Assembly: GCA_041661745.1 (NCBI GenBank)
Contig: JBAZTR010000001.1
Location: 15,740-79,739, forward strand
DNA: 64,000 bases
Reading direction: 5' to 3'
Source of the DNA: Patescibacteria group bacterium
GTDB taxonomy: Bacteria > Patescibacteriota > Patescibacteriia > UBA9934 > GWF2-40-263
Shown: one piece after another, positions 26,365-34,708 of the stretch
Layout: each line of letters opens with the position of its first letter
How positions within the stretch are numbered: position 1 is the stretch's first letter
Program-made: the position numbers and the translations under genes
Notes under the pieces: generated by a model
Seen by the model: the letters and a program-made list of their open reading frames with translations, nothing else
Told to the model about the DNA's origin: nothing
Databases searched by the model: none

Positions 26365-28134
26365 TTAGTTGGATGTTTTTTCTTTTTCCAATTTTAGCCA
26401 CTCTTTTTCCGTTTGAGAAATTTCGTCATCAATGTCTGTCAAACGTTTGGCTTTGTCTGGTGCGTAATCAGTGGGGTTTTCAAAATAGAATTTAAGAATT
26501 TCACCTTTTTCTTTTTCTAGGTTTTTTAGTTTTTCATCAAGCCGTTGTTGAGTCCGAGAAAGTTGGCGAAGCAGTTGAGCATTTTCTTGTTTGTTTTCTT
26601 TTGTCTTTGAAGCCTTTAAAGCCTCTCCGGCCCCACCGGCCTCTTCGGCCTCAACTGTTAGGTCGGCCACGTATTCTTCGTAAGTGCCGGTGTAATGTCG
26701 CACGGTTCCGTTTCGAACTTCGAAAATCGTATCAACAAAAGCATTCATGAAAGTACGAGCGTGGCAAACAATAATGACCGTGCCCTCATAATCTTTTATG
26801 GCTCGGGCTAATACCTCAACCGTTTCCGTGTCCAAATGGTTAGTTGGTTCGTCGAGAATCAAAACGTTATGTTCTTGCAGAATTAGTCGGGCCAAACGTA
26901 CCCGCGCCTTTTCGCCACCCGAAAGAACCCGACAAGTTTTTTCCAAATCATCATGACGGAAAAGGAAGGCACCGGCGGCCGCAAGAATTCGTTCGGCCGG
27001 GGCACTGGCCGGGGCGGCTTTGGTGAGCGCTTGCAAAACCGTCATTTCCGGATTCAAGGTGTCTTCAGACATCTGCGAGAAATAACCAATATTGGCATGC
27101 GGCCACCATTTTAGTTTTCCACCTAAAGAGGGAATCAGATCAGCTAAAGTTTTTAGAAGGGTTGTTTTACCATGACCGTTTTCACCAACAATCGCCACTT
27201 TGGCGCCACGGATAATTTCCAAGGTTATGTTTTGGGCCACGGTTTTTTCCGGATAACCAATAACTAAATCCTCGGCCCGCACTGCCGGACCCGAAGTAAC
27301 CGAAGGGCAGGGAATGCGAAAAGCGGCGGTTGGTAAAGCTGTACCAAGCTCCTTCATTTGCGCCCGAAGTTTGGTAATGTGTTTTAGTTTGCTTTGCGCC
27401 TGTGAAGCCATGCTGGCCTTGTAACGAAAACGATCGACAAATTCCTGGGTGTGACTTATTTCGCGGCGTAATTTTTTATTAGTGCGGCGAGCGAATCCAG
27501 CTTGTTCAGCTTTGTAGTCAAGATAAGTTTCAACATCACCGGGGAATTCCGTTAACTCACCCTTTTCAATCTCCCAGGTTGAAGTGCAAATATTTTGCAT
27601 GGCTTCACGGTCGTGGGAGATTAGAATGAAAGTTCCGGCGTAGTTGCGTAAAAAAGTTTCCAAAAGAAGCAGAGTTGGTAAGTCCAAATAGTTCATTGGT
27701 TCATCCAGCAGTAAAAGATTTGGATTATCAAGTAACATGCGCACAATTTTTACGCGCATTTGATAACCGCCGGAAAGAGCTGTAGGCGGCAAAGCCAAAT
27801 CACCAGCTTTTATACCAAACTTGGCGGCTAGTTTGGCGGCTTCCCATTCAGGTCGGCCACTGGCTTCGGTTAAAAATTGAAGAGTTGAAAGATCGTCGGG
27901 CAAAGTTTCATTTTGCTTGATTACTCCCAACTTGGTCCATGGCATGAATTTGATTTCGCCATTGTCTTTTTCTTCTTCACCGGTGATTAAACGAAAGAGG
28001 GTGGTTTTGCCAGCCCCATTACGTCCGATAAGACCAATATGCGCCCCTTCGGATATTACAAAAGATAGGTCGTCCAGAATTACTTGACGACCATAAGTTT
28101 TTGCTAAATTTTTAGCTTCGAGCATCGGTCTCAT
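26365..28134 (-). CDS. ABC-F family ATPase (tandem ABC domains, no TMD; EttA/ARE-like)
   Basis: Two Walker A motifs (GRNGAGKTT and GENGHGKTT), two signature motifs (LSGGYQMR and LSGGEKAR) and a C-terminal coiled-coil arm. Confidence 0.9.
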   Translation of the reverse strand: MRPMLEAKNLAKTYGRQVILDDLSFVISEGAHIGLIGRNGAGKTTLFRLITGEEEKDNGEIKFMPWTKLGVIKQNETLPDDLSTLQFLTEASGRPEWEAAKLAAKFGIKAGDLALPPTALSGGYQMRVKIVRMLLDNPNLLLLDEPMNYLDLPTLLLLETFLRNYAGTFILISHDREAMQNICTSTWEIEKGELTEFPGDVETYLDYKAEQAGFARRTNKKLRREISHTQEFVDRFRYKASMASQAQSKLKHITKLRAQMKELGTALPTAAFRIPCPSVTSGPAVRAEDLVIGYPEKTVAQNITLEIIRGAKVAIVGENGHGKTTLLKTLADLIPSLGGKLKWWPHANIGYFSQMSEDTLNPEMTVLQALTKAAPASAPAERILAAAGAFLFRHDDLEKTCRVLSGGEKARVRLARLILQEHNVLILDEPTNHLDTETVEVLARAIKDYEGTVIIVCHARTFMNAFVDTIFEVRNGTVRHYTGTYEEYVADLTVEAEEAGGAGEALKASKTKENKQENAQLLRQLSRTQQRLDEKLKNLEKEKGEILKFYFENPTDYAPDKAKRLTDIDDEISQTEKEWLKLEKEKTSN

Positions 28135-28137
28135 ACA

Positions 28138-28629
28138 TTATTCAACCTTTACTACTTCCACTGTTTGATTATTAAACAAAAATTTTTCGCCAACCACTTT
28201 TCCTAAAAGCGCTTTTCCGAGTGGTGAAAGATGCGAAATTTTTCCATGAGCCGGATTAGCTTCTTGCACACCGAGAATTTCGTAAGTCGTTTCTTTTCCA
28301 TTCATAACAAAAGTTACCGTTGAACCCAGGGCGACCCGACCATCAGTGTTGGCTTTGATAACCACGGCGCTTTTAAGTTTTTCCTCAAGAATGGTGATGC
28401 GAGAATTAATTTGTCGCAAACGTCCCTTGGCCATTTGGTATGCGGCGTTTTCGGAAAAGTCGCCCATTTCGGCGGTGCGTTGAACTTCTTTAATAGCTGG
28501 TTGACGTTGATTTTTTAATAAGTCCTGCAATTCATTTTTGTAACGCTGAATAGCGGCTGGCGACAAAAAAGCGTCAGACACCTTTTTGGTGCCCTCGAGA
28601 ATTTCCGACTTTCTTGTGGGGAGTCGCAT
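28138..28629 (-). CDS. greA: transcription elongation factor GreA
   Basis: 163 aa. N-terminal coiled-coil with GDFSENAAY, then a C-terminal FKBP-like domain. Confidence 0.9.
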   Translation of the reverse strand: MRLPTRKSEILEGTKKVSDAFLSPAAIQRYKNELQDLLKNQRQPAIKEVQRTAEMGDFSENAAYQMAKGRLRQINSRITILEEKLKSAVVIKANTDGRVALGSTVTFVMNGKETTYEILGVQEANPAHGKISHLSPLGKALLGKVVGEKFLFNNQTVEVVKVE

Positions 28630-28686
28630 AGCGCCCTTTATAATAAGTTATTTTCGCGAAAAAGAAAAACCGCGAGCCTTGAGGAG

Positions 28687-29304
28687 TCAGACTCGCGGCA
28701 GACCGGAAGGTTTGGGTGGTCCGAAGATGACGTTGATGTCACACTCGACCCCGTACCTATTGGCGCGCTCAATGGCCCGCACGATGGCCGGAACCAGGAA
28801 GCTGATTCGCGAACAGCCGACCAGATGGATGTGGGGATCGTCGGCACGCCAGCCAGGATGCTGACGAGACAGTACTTTGCCGACTGTGATCGTGTTGAAG
28901 CCGATCCATCGCGCTTTTTCGACCGCTTCGGTCGGTAAGAGCAAGGCTTCAGTTTCTTCAATGAACTCGGTTCCGTCTGGCATACGAACCACCACAATGC
29001 CGACGTCGTAGAACTGGCCGTCCTTTTCGATGACGCCGTTTTCGATGCCGAGTCCGGTGAGCTTGGGAAAGTGCTGGCAGGCAGCCAAGGCGCGGTTGCG
29101 TGCACCGTGAGTGGTTTCTTCTGGGCCAAACGGCTGCTCGTTGACTCCAGAGGCCGCCTTAACAACCCCAATCAACCACTCCGGATACTTCACACCTAAT
29201 TCTTCCAAGGCCATACAAAGGGCAAAGTACTTGATCGGGCTGACCGAGCCGATGGCAAAGCGGGGCTTGAAGGGAATTTTCTGGTAGCTTTTTAGGGTCG
29301 CCAT
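28687..29304 (-). CDS. DUF84/YjjX-family non-canonical purine NTP phosphatase (ITPase/XTPase-like)
   Basis: SGVNEQPFGPEETTHGARNRA matches the YjjX consensus SGVSEQP.G.EET..GA.NRA. GC-rich. Confidence 0.65.
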   Translation of the reverse strand: MATLKSYQKIPFKPRFAIGSVSPIKYFALCMALEELGVKYPEWLIGVVKAASGVNEQPFGPEETTHGARNRALAACQHFPKLTGLGIENGVIEKDGQFYDVGIVVVRMPDGTEFIEETEALLLPTEAVEKARWIGFNTITVGKVLSRQHPGWRADDPHIHLVGCSRISFLVPAIVRAIERANRYGVECDINVIFGPPKPSGLPRV

Positions 29305-29380
29305 GTTTACCTCGATGGGGTTGGGAAAAATCTTGGTTGAATACTTTATGTGTTTTCTCTTGATTTGTCAATGATTAAAA

Positions 29381-29405
29381 AAAGCTGCCGGAGGCGGCAG
29401 CGAGT
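29381..29405 (-). terminator. candidate minus-strand terminator after prs
   Basis: On the minus strand, gctgccgcctccggcagc is followed by TTTTTTT. Confidence 0.4.
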
Positions 29406-29428
29406 CGAGCGAGGCTCGACGAAGGTGG

Positions 29429-30505
29429 TCAGGTGACGCGGCGGATGTCGCGGTCCCAGTGATGGAGGCGAACGATTACCCCAAGGGCCTTGAGCCACGA
29501 GACGACCACGATCTTGCCCGAGGCGGTGAGCGGGGCGAGCTCGGGCCGGTTGTCGAGAGGAATGGTGTCGGTCACGAAGATCCGGTCCACCGGGCAGTCG
29601 GCAGCCGACATGAGGTTGATGGCCGGGCCGCAGAAGACGCCGTGTGAAGCCACTGCCCAGACTTGGGCTGCACCGTAGGAGGTTCCCTTGAGGGCTCGTG
29701 CGTACTTTCCGGTGGTTCCGAAGGTGGCGATTTCATCGTCCACAGACAGGACGATGGAGCCGCGAACCCCTTCGATGTTTCCGAAGATCTTGTGGAGGTC
29801 TGATTTCTCGCTGGAGACGCGTCGTTTGGCCCCGAAGACCTTGGGAAGATCCGAGAGACCCAGACGATTGATGATTTCCTCGATTGCTCCGGCGTCGCGT
29901 TTGGCTGCGCCGTCATCGGGGTAGGCCAAGCAGACCCGATCCGTCAGCTGCCGCGCCTCAGCCACGGCTTGCTCGAGGAGTAGCCGACCGAGGTGGATTT
30001 CGGTGATCAGACCGAGCGGGCCGCCGACGACGCTCTGCGGAGCGTGCATGTCGGCAGTGATGACGCGATCGAGTTTGCCGTAGGCTGCGGCTTGCAGAAG
30101 ATGGGTGACGAAGCCTGGCAGAGCCAGTTCGTTGTTGGCGTCTTCGTCCTTGTCGGAACGACCAAGGAAGAAGTAGTCCATGACCACGGCGATGCGGCCG
30201 GCGCGACGGCCGGCGAGATAGCCGAGGACAAAGAGAAGTTGACCCAGTCGTTCGTAGGTGCAGGGTCCGCTGGTCAGGACGACGCAGTCGTGGCCGCCGA
30301 TGTGTTCCTTGGCGAGCCGACAGAACGGTTCGCCGCTGGCCCGCGTGCCGAAGAACGGTGTGGCGATGTCGACTGGTGTTTTCCTGAACTTGTGTTCGGC
30401 TTCGTGTTGAGCGATGGCCGCCTTGATCGTTTTGGCCGCGGTTTCGAAACCGGGCATGGGAACAAGGGTCAAGCCACCGTGGCAGTTGTATGGACCCTGT
30501 GGCAT
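29429..30505 (-). CDS. prs: ribose-phosphate pyrophosphokinase-like (PRPP synthetase family) with N-terminal extension
   Basis: DRVITADMHAPQ (compare Prs DRV.T.DLHA.Q) and VLSVDDEIATFGT (PRPP-binding loop VLVDDMIDT.GT). About 60% GC. Confidence 0.7.
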   Translation of the reverse strand: MPQGPYNCHGGLTLVPMPGFETAAKTIKAAIAQHEAEHKFRKTPVDIATPFFGTRASGEPFCRLAKEHIGGHDCVVLTSGPCTYERLGQLLFVLGYLAGRRAGRIAVVMDYFFLGRSDKDEDANNELALPGFVTHLLQAAAYGKLDRVITADMHAPQSVVGGPLGLITEIHLGRLLLEQAVAEARQLTDRVCLAYPDDGAAKRDAGAIEEIINRLGLSDLPKVFGAKRRVSSEKSDLHKIFGNIEGVRGSIVLSVDDEIATFGTTGKYARALKGTSYGAAQVWAVASHGVFCGPAINLMSAADCPVDRIFVTDTIPLDNRPELAPLTASGKIVVVSWLKALGVIVRLHHWDRDIRRVT

Positions 30506-30593
30506 GGTCGTTCTCCTGTGAAGAGCCGCCTCATCTTAGGCGCATTTTTCGCTTCCTGTCAAAGAAAGGCAATCTGTGCTAGGATAAGGCCAT

Positions 30594-31412
30594 ATGCAGC
30601 GAATTTTCATTCCATTTTTTTTAGCGGTAATTTTAGTAGGGGCTGGTTGTACCCCAGTTGTTGAGGTTGAAAAACCGGCTCCGGTTTCATCTGACAATAT
30701 TACGGTGTCTTTGCCACTTACCGGGGATGTCGTGGGTAACCCAATTCATGTCGTTGGTGAGGCACGAGTTTTTGAAAATGTCGTTTCTTGGCGTTTGCGT
30801 GATGCCGGTGGAAGTATTTTGACCAGCGGTACCACCGAGGCGGCCGCGCTTGATATGGGGCTGTTTGGCCCGTTTGATTTTTATGTCGTTGTTCCGGCTC
30901 CATATTATCCTGGCGATCCGGTAATGACCGACAGAAATATGACGCTGGAAGTTTTTCAAGCTTCGGCCAAAGATGGTTCTGACACTGATTTGGTTTCCAT
31001 TCCTTTACAAATTGATCGGCTTGATATAGCTGGTGTTGAAATTTATCTTCACAACGACACAATGGATCCGGAAATGACTTGCACTAAAGTTTTTCAAGTT
31101 ACGCGAAAAATTATTGCCACAGACACTCCGGCACGTGCGGCCATGGTTATGCTTTTGCAGGGGCCGACACCTTTGGAATTAGCCAATCAATATTCGACAA
31201 TAATTCCGTTTCGAACTGAACTTAAAGACATAAGTATTTCTGAGGATGGTGTGGCCACAGTTGACCTAAAAGGGGCCATTGCCGGTTCAATGGGTGGGTC
31301 ATGCTATGTCAGTGCTATTGCTCGTGAAATTGAAGACACTTTGAAACAATTTAACTCGGTTAAAGAAGTTAAGATTCTTATCAACGGCGAGGCCGATAGA
31401 CTTCAGCCGTAA
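30594..31412 (+). CDS. lipoprotein with Ig-like (Gmad2-type) and GerMN-like domains
   Basis: Lipobox LVGAGC. C-terminal block ACTKVFQVTRKI...ARAAMVMLLQGPT...GVATVDLKG resembles GerMN. Confidence 0.6.
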   Translation: MQRIFIPFFLAVILVGAGCTPVVEVEKPAPVSSDNITVSLPLTGDVVGNPIHVVGEARVFENVVSWRLRDAGGSILTSGTTEAAALDMGLFGPFDFYVVVPAPYYPGDPVMTDRNMTLEVFQASAKDGSDTDLVSIPLQIDRLDIAGVEIYLHNDTMDPEMTCTKVFQVTRKIIATDTPARAAMVMLLQGPTPLELANQYSTIIPFRTELKDISISEDGVATVDLKGAIAGSMGGSCYVSAIAREIEDTLKQFNSVKEVKILINGEADRLQP

Positions 31413-31416
31413 TAGT

Positions 31417-31452
31417 TGACATTTCTCTTCGGTTATATTAGTATATAGCCAC
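31417..31452 (+). promoter_or_regulatory. sigma70-like promoter for rplU
   Basis: TTGACA, a 17-nt spacer and TAGTAT, about 65 nt before the rplU ATG. Confidence 0.4.
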
Positions 31453-31517
31453 ATTATTAATAAATGATCACTGGCAAGCCCGATTAAGTTCGCGGAAGCC
31501 GTGAGCGCAAAATAGTT

Positions 31518-31826
31518 ATGTTCGCAGTCATTAAGACCGGCGGCAAGCAATATCTTGTCCGCGAGGGCGAGCAACTCAATGTTGAGAAGCTCGAAAAAGA
31601 CGCGGGCGCCAAACTTGAATTCGAAGCTCTTCTCGTCGCTGATGAGGATGACAAGGAAGTCAAAGTCGGCAAGCCCAACGTCGGCCAGGTCCAAGCCACA
31701 GTCGTGGAACAAGGCCGGGCCAAAAAAGTTGCGGTGATTAAGTACAAACCGAAAGTCCGTTATCGCCGTAATGTCGGTCACCGTCAACCGTTTACCAAAA
31801 TCAAAATTGAAAAAATCGTCGCTTAA
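31518..31826 (+). CDS. rplU: 50S ribosomal protein L21
   Basis: MFAVIKTGGKQYLVREGEQLNVEKL...KVAVIKYKPKVRYRRNVGHRQPFTKIKIEKI. Confidence 0.92.
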   Translation: MFAVIKTGGKQYLVREGEQLNVEKLEKDAGAKLEFEALLVADEDDKEVKVGKPNVGQVQATVVEQGRAKKVAVIKYKPKVRYRRNVGHRQPFTKIKIEKIVA

Positions 31827-31872
31827 GCGGCGATTTTTTTATAAAGCTATCCTTGACAAGGATAGCTTTTTG
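31815..31872 (+). terminator. tandem rho-independent terminators after rplU
   Basis: atcgtcgc-ttaa-gcggcgat plus T7 overlaps the stop codon. A second hairpin aaagctatcc-ttgacaa-ggatagcttt is followed by TTGG. Confidence 0.6.
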
Positions 31873-31927
31873 GTTATAAATTATTGCGTCGTGTTGAGGA
31901 TTGGCCCTACTACAGGGGGAGACACAA

Positions 31928-32203
31928 GTGGCCCGCTACCTCCGTTCACGTAAAGACATCGAAAGAAGGATCAGAACGATCGACAGGGAACTCGCCAGGC
32001 GAGAGAACCAACAGCCGTTCAACTGCCGGGCTGATGAGTTCCTCCAGGTCCTGGCGCAGGGTCAGAAGATCAGAGATGAGGCTGTAGCCGCCGGTCTTCA
32101 AGCGTTCCTGGAACACCCCGTTGTTCGGGATCGTCTTGACCTCTTTCGCGAGCGTCACGTTCTCGAGGAACGCCTCGAGGCCTTCAACCGTCTTCGGCAC
32201 TAG
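31928..32203 (+). CDS. orphan GC-rich small ORF (strand ambiguous; antisense ORF 31946..32200 equally long)
   Basis: GGGGGAG lies 6 nt before the GTG at 31928, and a plus-strand terminator follows at 32227-32250. About 58% GC. No recognisable motifs. Confidence 0.3.
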   Translation: MARYLRSRKDIERRIRTIDRELARRENQQPFNCRADEFLQVLAQGQKIRDEAVAAGLQAFLEHPVVRDRLDLFRERHVLEERLEAFNRLRH

Positions 32204-32226
32204 TCCCGGTCCTTCCGCGCTTCTTT

Positions 32227-32250
32227 GACAACCTTCGCCGGTTGTCTTTT
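32227..32250 (+). terminator. rho-independent terminator
   Basis: gacaacc-ttcgccg-gttgtc is followed by TTTT. Confidence 0.5.
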
Positions 32251-32878
32251 ATATTTCCTTTCGCCCTTTAAGAGCGTCACCCAAAGTAATTTCATCAGCA
32301 AATTCCAGGCTGGCGCCGGCCGGGAGACCACGAGCTAAGCGGGTGATATGTTTATTGAAACTTAGTAGTTGTTTGGTTAAATACATCATGGTGGTTTCGC
32401 CGTGAACATCGGGGGAGAAGGCCAAGATAATTTCTTCGACAGCGGTATCCTCACGAAGTTTCTTAAAGAGCGGTTGAACCCGCAAAACATCCGGGGTCAT
32501 GCCCTCAATCGGATTTAAAACACCACCTAAGACAAAATATTTTCCATGATAAGCACTGGTTGCTTCGATGGTGGCAATGTCGCGCGAAGTTTCCACAACG
32601 CAGAGGAGGGAAGGGTCACGACGCGGATCCTGACAAATGTCGCACAAGTTACTTTGAGTGTAACTAAAACAGCTCGGGCAAAGGCGGACTTTTTCACCAA
32701 GCTCTTTTATTAGATTTGAAGTTTGAAGTAATTCCTCTTTGGATAACTGAAGCAGGGCAAAAACATAACGCAGGGCCGTTTTGGGCCCCACGCCGGGCAG
32801 TCGCGTTAATGCGGATGCCAAATTTTGGATTGGTTCGGGAAATTTTCGCACATTAGAGCCCAAGATTTTTGAAAGCAT
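32249..32878 (-). CDS. recR: recombination protein RecR
   Basis: LTRLPGVGPKTALRY is a helix-hairpin-helix, CPSCFSYTQSNLCDIC a C4 zinc finger, followed by a Toprim domain. Confidence 0.9.
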   Translation of the reverse strand: MLSKILGSNVRKFPEPIQNLASALTRLPGVGPKTALRYVFALLQLSKEELLQTSNLIKELGEKVRLCPSCFSYTQSNLCDICQDPRRDPSLLCVVETSRDIATIEATSAYHGKYFVLGGVLNPIEGMTPDVLRVQPLFKKLREDTAVEEIILAFSPDVHGETTMMYLTKQLLSFNKHITRLARGLPAGASLEFADEITLGDALKGRKEI

Positions 32879-33152
32879 CTAGGCCGCCCATTTCTTTCAT
32901 CTTTCCGGCCATTTGGCGTTGGATTTTTTTAATGGAATCGTTGGTGGCATCTTTAACCGCTTCTTCGAGTTTATTTTTATCCTTCAACATTTCTTCATCG
33001 ATTTTTACTTCGAGAATTTGTTGATTGCCATCAATCTTTATTTTTACTTTGCCCCAAGCCGCTTCGCCTTCGGCGGAAATTTCTGATAAACCGTTTTGAA
33101 TTTTTTTGGCTTGGGTGCGGAGGTCTTTGATGGCTTTTATTTTGTTGAACAT
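32853..33152 (-). CDS. ybaB: nucleoid-associated protein YbaB/EbfC
   Basis: 99 aa, MFNKIKAIKDLRTQAKKIQ...KVKIKIDGNQQILEVKIDEE... Confidence 0.88.
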   Translation of the reverse strand: MFNKIKAIKDLRTQAKKIQNGLSEISAEGEAAWGKVKIKIDGNQQILEVKIDEEMLKDKNKLEEAVKDATNDSIKKIQRQMAGKMKEMGGLDAFKNLGL

Positions 33153-33168
33153 ATTTTATTGTTTTAAT

Positions 33169-34641
33169 TTAGAAGGGATTTTGCATTGAATCGATTGGCG
33201 GTGGTGGCGGCAGGGGACTTCCTGTTCCGCCAACTTCTTGATAATTGGGAGCCGAGATGCCGTTGTCCATTGACGGTGGCGGGGCCGAACGACGCATTTC
33301 CAAATTGCGGAAGCTTGTGCGTTGAGCGTCCCAGAACAATCTTATCATGCCGGTCGGACCATTGCGATGTTTACCAATGTAAATTTCGGCAAGAGTTTTT
33401 TCTTCCGGTGACAAATCTTCTTGACGATAGTTCATGTCGGCGGCTTTGCGGTAAATGAATAGAACGACGTCGGCATCCTGTTCAATAGAACCGGAGTCGC
33501 GCAGGTGTGAAAGTTTTGGAATAGCCGGTTTGCTTTGTTCGACAGCGCGGGAAAGCTGCGATAAGGCCAGAACCGGAACATTTAATTCGCGAGCGACTTG
33601 TTTAAGGGAACGACTGATTTCGGAAATTTCTTGCACGCGATTATCAGAACTGCTTTTAACACGGCTTTCGATAAGTTGAAGATAGTCGACAATAATTAAA
33701 CCTAAACCGTGTTCGGCTTGCATGCGTCGAGCTTTGGCGCGAATTTGCATGACGTTGACCGTTGAAGTGTCGTCAATAAAAATTGGTGCTTCGGAAAGTT
33801 TACCTAAAGCATTACCAATTCGTGGAAAATCTTCGTTGTTTTCGGAGAGACGCCCGGTGCGTAATTTCCACAAGTCCACCCCGGCCTCAGACGAAATTAG
33901 TTTATCCACCAACTGTTCTTTGGACATTTCTAGAGAAAAGATTCCCACGGGTATTTTACTTTTAACCCCGACATGGCGAGCAATGTTTAAAGCCAAGCTG
34001 GTTTTGCCGACTGACGGCCGAGCCGCCAAAATGATTAAGTCGGATTTTTGCATGCCGGCCATTAAATTGTCTAGTTCGGTAAAGCCGGTGGCCACGCCGC
34101 GCAACTGGCCATGATTTTGATGTAATTCGTCGATGCGTTCAAAAGCCTCAGACAGAATGTTTTTAATGCCAACAAAAGCCGTCCGCAAAAATTTTTGGGA
34201 AACTGCAAATAAACTTCGTTCGGCCGTATCAAGAACCACGTCAAGATCCTCGGCTTCGTTATAACCTTGTTCCATAATGTCGCCAGCCGCGGAAAGCAGA
34301 CGACGCAGGGTGGATTTCTTTTTTACGATTTCACCATAATGGGCGACATTGCCGGCCGTGGAGATTGAGTTGGCCAGTTCAACCAAGTAAGCCCGACCGC
34401 CACACATTTGCAGTTTATCCAATTCTTCCAGGCGGTTACCCAGCGTTAAAATATCAATCGGTTCATGCCTGGCGTTTAAATCAATCATGGCTTCAAAAAT
34501 GGCCCGGTGAGTTTCACGATAAAAATCATCGCCATCAACAACATCGGCAATTTTATAAAAAGCCTCGGGATCAACCAAAAGACAGCCCAGTAAGCACTGC
34601 TCGGCTTCGTTACTTTGAGGCGGAATGCGTTGTTCAGGCAT
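33169..34641 (-). CDS. dnaB: replicative DNA helicase DnaB
   Basis: Walker A ARPSVGKTSLALNIA, Walker B LIIVDYLQL and an N-terminal primase-interaction domain (QSNEAEQCLLGCLL). Confidence 0.92.
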   Translation of the reverse strand: MPEQRIPPQSNEAEQCLLGCLLVDPEAFYKIADVVDGDDFYRETHRAIFEAMIDLNARHEPIDILTLGNRLEELDKLQMCGGRAYLVELANSISTAGNVAHYGEIVKKKSTLRRLLSAAGDIMEQGYNEAEDLDVVLDTAERSLFAVSQKFLRTAFVGIKNILSEAFERIDELHQNHGQLRGVATGFTELDNLMAGMQKSDLIILAARPSVGKTSLALNIARHVGVKSKIPVGIFSLEMSKEQLVDKLISSEAGVDLWKLRTGRLSENNEDFPRIGNALGKLSEAPIFIDDTSTVNVMQIRAKARRMQAEHGLGLIIVDYLQLIESRVKSSSDNRVQEISEISRSLKQVARELNVPVLALSQLSRAVEQSKPAIPKLSHLRDSGSIEQDADVVLFIYRKAADMNYRQEDLSPEEKTLAEIYIGKHRNGPTGMIRLFWDAQRTSFRNLEMRRSAPPPSMDNGISAPNYQEVGGTGSPLPPPPPIDSMQNPF

Positions 34642-34708
34642 AGCGAGAACATCTTACCGTTGCCGTTGCCATGCTTCAAGTCCTTGGTGTGCATGGTTTG
34701 TGGTATAA

